A DNA stretch of 37,220 nt from a virus (lineage: Duplodnaviria > Heunggongvirae > Uroviricota > Caudoviricetes), in the IMG/VR virus record IMGVR_UViG_2718218102_000005, positions 1-37,220 of that record; one strand, given 5' to 3'. The translations under genes were made by a program, and so were the position numbers. Within the stretch, counting starts at the first letter, position 1. Each line of letters opens with the position of its first letter. The notes beneath the pieces were generated by a model. That model was not told where the DNA came from. It ran no database searches and worked only from the letters and a program-made list of their open reading frames with translations. This document shows positions 28,344-36,231 of the stretch, piece by piece.

Positions 28344-28480
28344 AGCTTTCTCCTATCTGTAAGTAGTAAAGTTGTTGATAACTTCGATTATACAACTACA
28401 ACAACTTTTATCACAACTTTTAGATGTTGGAAAGCTAAAACATAAAGTTGTAACCTCAATAAAAACGAGGGGGATATGTT
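28344..28480. promoter_or_regulatory. Immunity-region operator/promoter (OR-like; PR for cro, PRM for cI)
   Basis: Repeated half-site AAAGTTGT / ACAACTTT occurs at least five times; perfect TATAAT on the minus strand (28392-28387) with TTGTGA 18 nt upstream as a PR candidate. Confidence 0.55.
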
Positions 28481-29167
28481 GTGAAAACATTGGCAGAAAG
28501 ACTAAAAAGCGAAAGAGAAAAAGCAGGAATGAGTCAGGCGCAACTAGCTGAAAAAATTGGGCTTTCACAACAATCCGTAGCGAAAATCGAGAATGGAGAA
28601 ACTCAACAGCCTCGGAAAATTAAAGAGATTGCTAAAGTGTTAGGGGTTTCTCAAAAGTGGTTGCAATTGGGCATTGAGGATAACGCGTCTTTCCCAGACC
28701 TTGTTGTAAAGGAGGCTGAAAGTACAGCATTAGATCCTGACATTTTTGCAAACATTCCAGTCCTAGATGTCGAGTTATCAGCGGGTAATGGATGTTTGGC
28801 TGAAATAGTTGAATCAACTGTAGACTGGTTCCCGCTAAGAAGGATTGATTTAAGAAAAGCTGGTGTATGTGTCTCCAATGCAAAGATCGTAAAAATTTGG
28901 GGCAATAGTTTACTACCTGTACTTAACAATGGAGATTTTGTTGCTGTTGATGTTTCCCAAACGGTTCCTATTCGTGATGGGGATCTTTATGCCATACGTG
29001 ATGGCGTATTACTTAGAGTTAAAATATTGATCAATTTACCTGACGGTGGTCTGATTCTAAGAAGTTTCAATAAAGATGAGTATCCAGATGAAATACTCAC
29101 CTTCGAAGATAGGCGTTCCAGAATTCACGTTATAGGTAGAGTATTCTGGTCATCGCGCACTTGGTAA
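28481..29167 (+). CDS. CI-type repressor (HTH-XRE N-terminus + S24 LexA-like peptidase C-terminus)
   Basis: 228 aa, GTG start at 28481 with SD gaggggg; N-terminal HTH (MSQAQLAEKIGLSQQSVAKIENGE), candidate Ala-Gly cleavage site (ELSAGNG) and Ser/Lys dyad context (IWGNSLLP ... LRVKIL). Confidence 0.85.
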   Translation: MKTLAERLKSEREKAGMSQAQLAEKIGLSQQSVAKIENGETQQPRKIKEIAKVLGVSQKWLQLGIEDNASFPDLVVKEAESTALDPDIFANIPVLDVELSAGNGCLAEIVESTVDWFPLRRIDLRKAGVCVSNAKIVKIWGNSLLPVLNNGDFVAVDVSQTVPIRDGDLYAIRDGVLLRVKILINLPDGGLILRSFNKDEYPDEILTFEDRRSRIHVIGRVFWSSRTW

Positions 29168-29194
29168 TGCATCAAAAAACCTTCCTTCAGAAAT

Positions 29195-29299
29195 TTAGTT
29201 ACCATTATTACCCGCCTTTTCAATCTTCCTCCCGTGATTTGAGAGTTTCCAATCACGGAAGGAAAGTGTCCCTTGTGTAATTAAAAGCGCATCGTCCAT
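29195..29299 (-). CDS. 34-aa small ORF with strong SD, convergent with cI
   Basis: Own translation MDDALLITQGTLSFRDWKLSNHGRKIEKAGNNGN; AAGGAGG 4 nt upstream of the ATG at 29299; contains the perfect inverted repeat ccgtgatt/aatcacgg (29232-29258). Coding status uncertain. Confidence 0.25.
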   Translation of the reverse strand: MDDALLITQGTLSFRDWKLSNHGRKIEKAGNNGN

Positions 29300-29350
29300 A
29301 CAACCTCCTTTTTTGATAACCCTTGCCCTCATTTCACATCCGTCAAAACC

Positions 29351-29400
29351 ACATAAAGTTGTTGACAACAACCAAAACAACAACTAGATTACAACTTAAA
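29351..29400 (+). promoter_or_regulatory. PL/OL-like early-left promoter and operator
   Basis: TTGACA (29362-29367), 17-bp spacer, TAGATT (29385-29390); overlapped by the same AAAGTTGT/ACAAC half-sites as the OR-like region, including the near-palindrome gttgttgacaacaac. Confidence 0.5.
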
Positions 29401-29482
29401 GATGTTGCAGTAACGAACAGGCAGGACGCCCACGAAGTAGCCGCCGGTGGCGTATGAATGACCGGATGATTCGTTAAATACT

Positions 29483-29704
29483 ATGTGTAAGAGAGCGCAA
29501 ATGAACCGTTATTTCACATGCTCGTTTTGTGGCGCAAACGAGCTGCAGGCAAAAAAAATCATCGCCAAAGGCGGAAAAGATGAAGTTGCTATCTGCTCTG
29601 AGTGCGTAGTCTTGTGTGTCTGGGCATTAATCAATATCAGCACAACTATTCAGTTCACACCAAATGAGAATGCGCCTTTAGATGCGCGGAAATCTGGAGG
29701 TTAA
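29483..29704 (+). CDS. Standalone ClpX-type C4 zinc-finger (ZBD-like) mini-protein
   Basis: 73 aa (67 aa if started at ATG 29501); YFTCSFCGANELQAKKIIAKGGKDEVAICSECVVLC compares closely with the ClpX N-terminal zinc-binding domain ([33 protein letters not shown], from memory); no AAA+ module follows. First gene after PL. Confidence 0.6.
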   Translation: MCKRAQMNRYFTCSFCGANELQAKKIIAKGGKDEVAICSECVVLCVWALINISTTIQFTPNENAPLDARKSGG

Positions 29705-29793
29705 AGAACAAAATGAAAGTCCAGATTTTAAACAATAACTGTGAAGTCGTTTGGGCGTAAAACATGACCGCGCGTAGACCAAGGGAGGAAAAA

Positions 29794-29970
29794 GTGGGAA
29801 TAGTTAGAAATCAAGCAGATATATTGAAAATCAGCTCTGAATTGCTTGGAGTTTTGAAAAGTGAGCTCACCGCACATGGCATCGAGCCCACTGACGAAAA
29901 TTTAAGTTGGGTTTTGTCGATTATTCAACAATCACTCAAGCCCAGCCTCAGCAAACTTTTTATCGAGTAG
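29794..29970 (+). CDS. Hypothetical small protein (58 aa)
   Basis: ORF track 29764-29970; GTG at 29794 has a strong SD (agggagg, 5-nt spacer); 3' end overlaps the convergent minus-strand ORF by 39 nt. Confidence 0.4.
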   Translation: MGIVRNQADILKISSELLGVLKSELTAHGIEPTDENLSWVLSIIQQSLKPSLSKLFIE

Positions 29971-30123
29971 TGCTTCGAACTTATCGTAAAGCTTGCTTAT
30001 GTCGTCTATCGGGTTTTCTGACGTACTGTAATTTTTATCTGATGTCATGGCAGCAGTCTGATATGCAGTGTGAGTCTTAACCGATAGTTGGAATAAATAA
30101 AGAATTTTTTCTTCTTTGGTCAT
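29932..30123 (-). CDS. Hypothetical small protein (63 aa), antisense to the PL transcript
   Basis: ATG at 30123 with AAGGA SD 7 nt upstream (MTKEEKILYLFQLSVKTHTAYQ...); AT-rich; convergent with and overlapping the plus-strand 58-aa ORF. Confidence 0.4.
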   Translation of the reverse strand: MTKEEKILYLFQLSVKTHTAYQTAAMTSDKNYSTSENPIDDISKLYDKFEALLDKKFAEAGLE

Positions 30124-30381
30124 AACTATTTCCTTCTTGGCTATATGAAAACACCAAGATACCACCGAGCCTGAAGTGGTGAAAAGACAGGCACATAACA
30201 GCTAAGTATTTTCAACCAGAGAGAATCCTTAGCGTTGTGGTGAATGCGCAGGCTGATGCGCGAAAGACATTGCAGCTATTGCGGAAAAGAGCTGTTCGGC
30301 GGGGCAATTAAACGCCCGTGAGAGTCTGAAATAACCGCAAGCCGGAGATCAGCACCGGTCACCACAACAGCCACTGCTTTG

Positions 30382-30427
30382 GCGGTACCAGTTTGTACAC
30401 TTGCTTCCGGCTGGTACCGCTCTTTTT
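30382..30427 (+). terminator. Strong Rho-independent terminator (tL1-like) in the early-left operon
   Basis: Perfect 10-bp stem gcggtaccag (30382-30391) / ctggtaccgc (30411-30420) followed by tcttttt (30421-30427). Confidence 0.6.
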
Positions 30428-30564
30428 ACAAAACAGAGAAGAGCATCACCGGACGACGGGCTCATAACCCAATCCATCCGGGCGGCTGCCACCGCAGGTG
30501 TTCTTCTCTGTTTTGTGGAGAAACCAACCGACCTTGCAGGGTCGATATGATGAGGAGCAGCAAA

Positions 30565-30927
30565 ATGGCTAGCGAACGCAGTACTGATGTGCAGGCATTT
30601 ATCGGGGAGCTGGACGGCGGCGTATTTGAAACCAAAATCGGCGCAGTTCTCAGTGAAGTCGCTTCCGGTGTGATGAACACGAAAACCAAAGGGAAGGTCT
30701 CACTCAATCTGGAAATCGAACCGTTTGATGAGAACCGTGTGAAAATCAAACACAAACTCTCATATGTTCGCCCAACTAACCGCGGGAAAATTTCCGAAGA
30801 AGACACCACCGAAACGCCGATGTATGTCAATCGCGGTGGTCGCCTGACTATTCTGCAGGAAGACCAGGGACAATTACTGACTCTTGCCGGTGAACCTGAC
30901 GGAAAACTCCGCGCAGCAGGTCATTAA
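30565..30927 (+). CDS. Hypothetical protein, YfdP-like (tentative)
   Basis: ORF track 30379-30927 runs through the terminator; ATG at 30565 (MASERSTDVQAFIGELDGG...) has an AGGAG SD 7 nt upstream and gives 120 aa; sits upstream of yfdQ/R/S-like genes as in CPS-53. Confidence 0.55.
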   Translation: MASERSTDVQAFIGELDGGVFETKIGAVLSEVASGVMNTKTKGKVSLNLEIEPFDENRVKIKHKLSYVRPTNRGKISEEDTTETPMYVNRGGRLTILQEDQGQLLTLAGEPDGKLRAAGH

Positions 30928-30992
30928 TATCGTTCTTAATTAACTGATTATTTATCTCATCACTGAATATCTTAATATAGTGAGGACTTATT

Positions 30993-31817
30993 ATGTCTCA
31001 GAACTTAGACGCAACCGCAATTAATCAAATCCATGCCCTTATTTCTGCTCAGGGTGTTAATGAAATTATCAGTAAGATTGGTGCCGATGCTGTGGCATTG
31101 CCTGAGAATTTCCGCATTCATGATCTGGAAAAATTTAATTTAAATCGCTTCCGTTTCCGTGGTGCGCTTTCCACTGCCTGCATCGATGACTTTACCCGTT
31201 ATTCTAAAGATCTTGCAGATGAAGGCACCCGCTGCTTTATCGATGCCGATAATATGCGAGCCGTCAGTGTGCTTAACCTGGGTACTATTGATGAACCAGG
31301 TCACGCAGATAACACCGCCACTCTCAAACTGAAAAAGACAGCACCGTTTTCTGCTCTGTTGTCTGTTAATGGCGAGCGTAACTCCCAGAAGTCACTGGCA
31401 GAATGGATTGAAGACTGGGCCGACTACCTTGTGGGCTTTGATGCTAATGGTGACACCATTCAGGCAACCAAAGCGGCTGCGGCAGTCCGTAAAATCACGA
31501 TTGAAGCAAACCAGACCGCTGATTTTGAAGATAATGACTTCAGCGGCAAACGCTCCCTGATGGAATCTGTCGAAGCGAAGACCAAAGACATTATGCCAGT
31601 GGCATTTGAATTTAAATGCGTTCCGGTTGAAGGCCTGAAAGAACGTCCGTTTAAATTACGCCTCAGCATTATCACTGGCGATCGTCCTGTACTGGTTCTG
31701 CGCATTATTCAGCTGGAAGCAGTGCAGGAAGAAATGGCTAACGAATTTCGTGATCTGCTTGTTGAGAAATTCAAAGACAGCAAAGTAGAAACCTTTATTG
31801 GTACTTTCACCGCCTGA
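30993..31817 (+). CDS. yfdQ: YfdQ-like protein (DUF2303)
   Basis: 274-aa ORF, same length and gene order as yfdQ of E. coli prophage CPS-53 (from memory); SD gtgagga upstream. Confidence 0.65.
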   Translation: MSQNLDATAINQIHALISAQGVNEIISKIGADAVALPENFRIHDLEKFNLNRFRFRGALSTACIDDFTRYSKDLADEGTRCFIDADNMRAVSVLNLGTIDEPGHADNTATLKLKKTAPFSALLSVNGERNSQKSLAEWIEDWADYLVGFDANGDTIQATKAAAAVRKITIEANQTADFEDNDFSGKRSLMESVEAKTKDIMPVAFEFKCVPVEGLKERPFKLRLSIITGDRPVLVLRIIQLEAVQEEMANEFRDLLVEKFKDSKVETFIGTFTA

Positions 31818-31945
31818 TTTCATTACTGCAAATGCCCCTGCGGGGGCATTTATGGAAACGTAATTAACTCAATAATCGCCGGATGGTGCGGGATTCCTTT
31901 TACCCGAATTCAGCGCGGTGCAGCGCATATAACGTGGAGAACAAA

Positions 31946-32482
31946 ATGTCATTTATTAAAACTTTTTCCGGGAAGCATTTTTATTATGACAAGATAAATA
32001 AAGACGACATCGTGATTAACGATATCGCGGTTTCCCTTTCAAATATCTGTCGCTTTGCAGGACATCTTTCACACTTCTACAGTGTCGCCCAGCATGCGGT
32101 GCTTTGCAGCCAGCTGGTGCCGCAGGAATTTGCTTTTGAAGCGTTAATGCATGATGCAACAGAAGCGTATTGCCAGGATATTCCCGCTCCACTGAAACGC
32201 CTTCTTCCTGACTATAAACGGATGGAAGAAAAAATAGACGCCGTAATCCGTGAGAAATACGGGTTACCCCCGGTTATGAGCACGCCTGTGAAATATGCCG
32301 ATCTCATCATGCTGGCAACCGAACGCCGCGATCTCGGGCTTGATGATGGCTCTTTCTGGCCAGTACTGGAAGGTATCCCGGCAACAGAAATGTTCAAAGT
32401 TATTCCACTGGCTCCGAGCCATGCCTACGGGATGTTTATGGAGCGCTTTAACGAGTTATCGGAGTTACGCACATGCGCATGA
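31946..32482 (+). CDS. yfdR: HD-domain phosphohydrolase, YfdR-like (5'-deoxynucleotidase family)
   Basis: ORF track 31883-32482; ATG at 31946 (MSFIKTFSGKHFYYDK..., SD ggaga) gives 178 aa; HD motif residues present (...SVAQHAVL..., ...ALMHDATEAY...). Confidence 0.7.
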   Translation: MSFIKTFSGKHFYYDKINKDDIVINDIAVSLSNICRFAGHLSHFYSVAQHAVLCSQLVPQEFAFEALMHDATEAYCQDIPAPLKRLLPDYKRMEEKIDAVIREKYGLPPVMSTPVKYADLIMLATERRDLGLDDGSFWPVLEGIPATEMFKVIPLAPSHAYGMFMERFNELSELRTCA

Positions 32483-32835
32483 ATGTTTTCGAAATGGAAG
32501 GGTTTCTTCGCGGGAAATGTGTACCACGAGATCTGAAAGTGAATGAAACAAATGCTGAGTACCTGGTACGTAAATTCGATGCGCTTGAAGCTAAATGTGC
32601 GGCACTGGAAAACAAAATAATACCAGTGTCAGCTGAACTGCCGCCAGCAAATGAAAGTGTTCTGTTATTTGATGCTAACGGAGAAGGCTGGCTAATTGGC
32701 TGGCGTTCTCTCTGGTACACCTGGGGACAAAAAGAAACCGGAGAATGGCAGTGGACATTTCAGGTCGGGGACCTTGAAAACGTCAATATCACTCACTGGG
32801 CAGTAATGCCGAAAGCACCGGAGAATAAAAAATGA
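32473..32835 (+). CDS. yfdS: DUF551 protein, YfdS-like
   Basis: 120-aa ORF with Trp-rich C-terminal half (GWLIGWRSLWYTWGQKETGEWQWTF); overlaps the yfdR-like stop. Confidence 0.6.
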   Translation: MRMNVFEMEGFLRGKCVPRDLKVNETNAEYLVRKFDALEAKCAALENKIIPVSAELPPANESVLLFDANGEGWLIGWRSLWYTWGQKETGEWQWTFQVGDLENVNITHWAVMPKAPENKK

Positions 32836-33035
32836 GCGTGATAAAAACTCATACAGGAATTGTTATCACCCGAGACGGTCCGCAGGTAAAAAAACTGCAC
32901 CAGACAAAGCGGATGTGGGTCGTCGGAAAAAACGAGTTTTACCACAAAGAAACCGGACGCCGCCACTTTGCAGAAAATACTCGCCGCCGACTGCTGATCG
33001 ATACCATCAAGCCTATCGAGGTGAAGCATGTTTAA
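32832..33035 (+). CDS. Hypothetical small basic protein (67 aa)
   Basis: ORF starting with ATGA overlap to the DUF551 gene stop; no family recognised. Confidence 0.35.
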   Translation: MSVIKTHTGIVITRDGPQVKKLHQTKRMWVVGKNEFYHKETGRRHFAENTRRRLLIDTIKPIEVKHV

Positions 33036-33276
33036 ACAGAACGAAAAATCTATCGCTCAAATTGCTGAGTATATCCCGCGTGCGTGCCGGGGTATGCAGT
33101 TGCAGGAAGCCAAAGCGCGCCTGGAGAAAAAAATTGCGCTCTATATTGATGACGGCTGTGATGCCGCCGTTCTTAACGCGGCGTTCGCACCAGCTCTTAA
33201 CTGTCATACGCGAGAGTCTTTTTTTTCGTGCATCGCAGCGCAGATCCGTAAAGGAGGCACCAGTGAGCGAGATTGA
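33028..33276 (+). CDS. Hypothetical protein (82 aa)
   Basis: ORF MFKQNEKSIAQIAEYIPRACRGMQLQEAKARLEKKIALYIDDG...; its end overlaps the GTG start of the Ea22-like gene. Confidence 0.4.
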   Translation: MFKQNEKSIAQIAEYIPRACRGMQLQEAKARLEKKIALYIDDGCDAAVLNAAFAPALNCHTRESFFSCIAAQIRKGGTSERD

Positions 33277-34048
33277 CTATCAGGCGTTGCGTAAGGCAGC
33301 ACAAAACTATCAATCGACTCTGGCGTGGTATCAGGAAAAGCCAGACAGTCCAAACGCTGAACAGGATTGTGATGCAGCTTTAGCGGCGTTTAAGCGAGAA
33401 ATCCGTCATCGGGAAGTGGACATTATCGCCGGGCTGTTGGATGAGCTGGACGAAAAACAGCAATACATCAAACTCCGCGACCAGGAGAACGAGGATATTG
33501 CGCTAACGGTAGGGAAGCTGAGAGTTGAGCTTGAGGAGACAAAATCAAAACTCAACGAGCAGCGTGTGTATTACGAGGGAGTAATCGCGGATGGAAGTAA
33601 GCGCATAGCAGAGTTGCAGACAAAATCTGCACCAGATTCGTTTGGCATCATCGGTGAAAATATTCGAACACAGGACAATCATATAACGTCAGACCCTATG
33701 TTTTGTGTGTATCAAAAGCGCGAAATCGTTGTTGATGCTGATTATGACTATGACCGGATTGTCTGGGTTGATGAAGATGGCAATGAAGCCAATAAACTCC
33801 AAAGTCGTCGTCTCGAACTACTTCATGAAAACTTTCGGGAGCCACCAGAAAAATGGCGGCGCGTTGCTGTGAAAGATATTGATGAATTCGTTACCTGCTG
33901 TTTTACCGAACAGGGTTGTAAAGACTACCTGGCAGCCAATGGTCACAATCTTCGCTTGCCATTTATATATGTAAAAAGCGGTTTCAGGAACGCTGAATAT
34001 ATCGGCATAAGAAACTGGCTTGCTGGCATTCGCATCAAAGGAGAGTGA
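33263..34048 (+). CDS. Ea22-like early protein (coiled-coil N-terminus)
   Basis: ORF track 32915-34048; GTG at 33263 has a perfect AGGAGG SD upstream (261 aa from VSEIDYQALRKAAQNYQ...); the long coiled-coil region and C-terminal domain resemble lambda Ea22-family proteins as I recall them. Confidence 0.55.
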   Translation: MSEIDYQALRKAAQNYQSTLAWYQEKPDSPNAEQDCDAALAAFKREIRHREVDIIAGLLDELDEKQQYIKLRDQENEDIALTVGKLRVELEETKSKLNEQRVYYEGVIADGSKRIAELQTKSAPDSFGIIGENIRTQDNHITSDPMFCVYQKREIVVDADYDYDRIVWVDEDGNEANKLQSRRLELLHENFREPPEKWRRVAVKDIDEFVTCCFTEQGCKDYLAANGHNLRLPFIYVKSGFRNAEYIGIRNWLAGIRIKGE

Positions 34049-34049
34049 T

Positions 34050-34337
34050 ATGGCAACTTTGCAGGAATTAATCGACCTGACGCCAGAACAGGAAAAAGCG
34101 TGGAATCGCCTTGTGAAGGCTGTAAAGGATTTCAGGGCAGCCGGAGGAAAGTTTTATAGCGTCCTGGACACGCTGAGCGCATACAACGGCGAGCACGTTG
34201 CCAGCATTGATAACGATAAGGGCTACCACACTGCAAGCGTCTATATGCCTAGCATTGATGCGCCAGGGCTAACCAGTTGGGCTGATGATTGGCACGGCAT
34301 CACGCTGAAAGATGGCGTTGAAGTGGATGAGGACTAA
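34050..34337 (+). CDS. Hypothetical protein (95 aa)
   Basis: ATG at 34050 with SD aaaggagag (MATLQELIDLTPEQEKAWNRL...); the track ORF begins 30 nt earlier at a non-SD codon. Confidence 0.45.
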   Translation: MATLQELIDLTPEQEKAWNRLVKAVKDFRAAGGKFYSVLDTLSAYNGEHVASIDNDKGYHTASVYMPSIDAPGLTSWADDWHGITLKDGVEVDED

Positions 34338-34340
34338 CAC

Positions 34341-35081
34341 ATGACTACTTTTACCGACAAAGAACTGATTAAAGAAATCAGAGAGCGAATCGGCAGCCTG
34401 GACGTGCGAGACAATATTGAGCGCCTGGCTTATGAAATCGCACTGGCATCGCTGGCAGCAGTATCGGATGAACGAGCAGCCTATGAATTATTTATGGAGA
34501 AGCGTTTCGGGGAATCTGTAGATCGCCGTAGGGCAAAAAATGGCGATAGAGAATACATGGCATGGGATATGGCGCTTGGCTGGATTATCTGGTGTCACCG
34601 CGCCGCCATGCTTCAGGGTAGCCAACCTGTAAGCCAAACTTACAACTTGCCAGAATTAATCGAAGGCATGGAAGTTTCCATTGATGTAAGCACTTGTGAT
34701 GCTGATTTAGGTAATCGCTATTTCGGCACCGTCACCGAGGCGTTAGAACTTGATACAGCCAAGAATGGTTACATCCTCCTGGTTCAGGACGCAGAGCCAA
34801 ACTTCGATGTAAATGGCAACTCTCCGGGAACTCCGGATAGTTGGGTTATGGTGCCGAAGAGACTAACAGCAGAGAACGGCGCTAAGGGGGTGCTATCCGG
34901 TGAATTTTCAGAAACTACGTTTATAAGCTGCCTGGAATGCTTTGGCGATGATGATTGCGATACCTGTGACGGGAGCGGACGTATTGAAATTAAAGTGCCA
35001 GTCACGTGGTCGACCATAAAATCTATCTGGGATAAAGGTATCGAGTATTTTGCAGCAAAACCATCACAAGAGGTGAAGTGA
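34341..35081 (+). CDS. Hypothetical protein with C-terminal DnaJ-type CxxCxGxG zinc-finger motif
   Basis: 246-aa ORF; C-terminal CLECFGDDDCDTCDGSGRIE fits CxxCxG...CxxCxGxG. Confidence 0.5.
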   Translation: MTTFTDKELIKEIRERIGSLDVRDNIERLAYEIALASLAAVSDERAAYELFMEKRFGESVDRRRAKNGDREYMAWDMALGWIIWCHRAAMLQGSQPVSQTYNLPELIEGMEVSIDVSTCDADLGNRYFGTVTEALELDTAKNGYILLVQDAEPNFDVNGNSPGTPDSWVMVPKRLTAENGAKGVLSGEFSETTFISCLECFGDDDCDTCDGSGRIEIKVPVTWSTIKSIWDKGIEYFAAKPSQEVK

Positions 35082-35653
35082 TGAACAACTTAATGATCGA
35101 CCTTGAGACGATGGGGAAAAATAAGGATGCACCGATCGTTTCCATTGGCGCGGTGTTCTTCACTCCAGAAACCGGAGACATCGGACAAGAATTCTATACG
35201 GTTGTTAGCCTGGAAAGTGCTATGGGGCAAGGAGCTACACCTGACGGCGATACCATCCTGTGGTGGTTGAAACAAAGCCCTGAGGCACGAGCTGCAATCT
35301 GTATTGATGATACTTTGTCGATCAGCGATGCTCTCTCAGAACTAAATCATTTCATTAACCGGCACGCAGCCAATACGAAATATTTAAAAGTCTGGGGTAA
35401 CGGGGCCACCTTCGACAACGTAATTTTACGTGGAGCTTATGAGCGAGCAGGACAAATCTGCCCGTGGGCATACTGGAATGACCACGATGTACGCACGATC
35501 GTTACGCTTGGGCGTTCCATCGGATTCGACCCCAAAATAGACATGCCTTTCGATGGCGAACGGCACAACGCCCTGGCCGATGCCCGTCATCAGGCAAAAT
35601 ATGTTTCCGCTATCTGGCAGAAATTAATTCCTGCCACCAGCACAGAATTATGA
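35078..35653 (+). CDS. 3'-5' exonuclease, DnaQ-like (DEDD family)
   Basis: 191-aa ORF; MIDLETMG (Exo I D-x-E), WGNGATFDNV (Exo II) and H...D near the C-terminus (ERHNALADA); GTG start overlapping the upstream stop. Confidence 0.7.
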   Translation: MMNNLMIDLETMGKNKDAPIVSIGAVFFTPETGDIGQEFYTVVSLESAMGQGATPDGDTILWWLKQSPEARAAICIDDTLSISDALSELNHFINRHAANTKYLKVWGNGATFDNVILRGAYERAGQICPWAYWNDHDVRTIVTLGRSIGFDPKIDMPFDGERHNALADARHQAKYVSAIWQKLIPATSTEL

Positions 35654-35689
35654 TTTTCCCGGGTGCAGCCGGTTTTGATGGAGAAAATT

Positions 35690-35971
35690 ATGAACACCTT
35701 GTTTTTACTGATGGCTGAATTCAATACCCCTAACATTGAACTCTCAGCAGTTAGCCAAAAGTACTTTGGCATGAGTCCAGCCACGGCAGAAGCAAAAGCA
35801 AACGCTTGTAAGTTGCCCGTTCCAACATATCGCATCGGCACATCACAAAAAGCAAAACGTTGCATCAATATTCAGGATCTTGCGGAATACATAGACAAAA
35901 GACGAGAAGAAGGACGTATCGAGTGGGAACAGGTCAGAACAGGCAAACAGAAGGGCAAAGAACATCACTAA
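35690..35971 (+). CDS. PrtN-like / AlpA-type small DNA-binding protein (putative excisionase)
   Basis: ORF track 35663-35971; ATG at 35690 with SD ggaga 5 nt upstream (MNTLFLLMAEFNTPNIELSAVSQKYFGMS..., 93 aa); last gene of the early-left operon, where xis-type genes usually sit. Confidence 0.5.
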   Translation: MNTLFLLMAEFNTPNIELSAVSQKYFGMSPATAEAKANACKLPVPTYRIGTSQKAKRCINIQDLAEYIDKRREEGRIEWEQVRTGKQKGKEHH

Positions 35972-35973
35972 AG

Positions 35974-36000
35974 AAAAAACCCGCCTAAAGGCGGGTTTTC
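35974..36000. terminator. Bidirectional Rho-independent terminator
   Basis: aaaaaacccgcc-taaa-ggcgggtttt: 6-bp GC stem (35980-35985 / 35990-35995) flanked by an A-run 5' and a T-run 3'; terminates the plus-strand operon and the minus-strand three-gene unit. Confidence 0.6.
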
Positions 36001-36018
36001 AAAAAGCACCAGCTATGA

Positions 36019-36192
36019 TCATGCTACTTTGCGACGACGAAGCTTACCCTGCTGCTCTTTACCAGAGACAGTAGCGTGAGTGAACGCATTAGGAGCAGCC
36101 TTCATCAGAACTTCAACAGCAGCCCCCATACCTGCGAATGCTTTCATTGTGTCGAACTTAACCTGTGGCTTGGTTGCTTTTTGATCTTCCAT
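36019..36192 (-). CDS. Small hypothetical protein (57 aa), third gene of the minus-strand unit
   Basis: Own translation MEDQKATKPQVKFDTMKAFAGMGAAVEVLMKAAPNAFTHATVSGKEQQGKLRRRKVA; ATG at 36192 with GGAG SD 8 nt upstream; the overlapping 75-aa track ORF is low-complexity. Confidence 0.4.
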   Translation of the reverse strand: MEDQKATKPQVKFDTMKAFAGMGAAVEVLMKAAPNAFTHATVSGKEQQGKLRRRKVA

Positions 36193-36231
36193 AGAAAACT
36201 CCAGAAGCTATACCGAAAAAATTCCTGTTGT

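Noticed and set aside
29483-29970. Either PL-proximal small ORF as a lambda N-like antiterminator
   Set aside because: Neither has the Arg-rich N-terminal RNA-binding motif, and no boxA/boxB nut site was recognised in the leader; kept as an open question rather than an annotation.
30379-30564. N-terminal extension of the track ORF 30379-30927
   Set aside because: The extension runs through a strong intrinsic terminator and a long inverted repeat; an SD-preceded ATG at 30565 gives a sensible 120-aa protein.
31831-31851. Hairpin aatgcccc-tgcg-ggggcatt after the yfdQ-like gene as a terminator
   Set aside because: Perfect 8-bp stem but no U-run beyond it; may be a transcript-stabilising structure rather than a terminator.
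32915-33262. N-terminal 116 codons of the 377-aa track ORF
   Set aside because: This stretch is Arg/Pro/Cys-rich low complexity overlapping two better ORFs in other frames; a perfect AGGAGG SD precedes the GTG at 33263.
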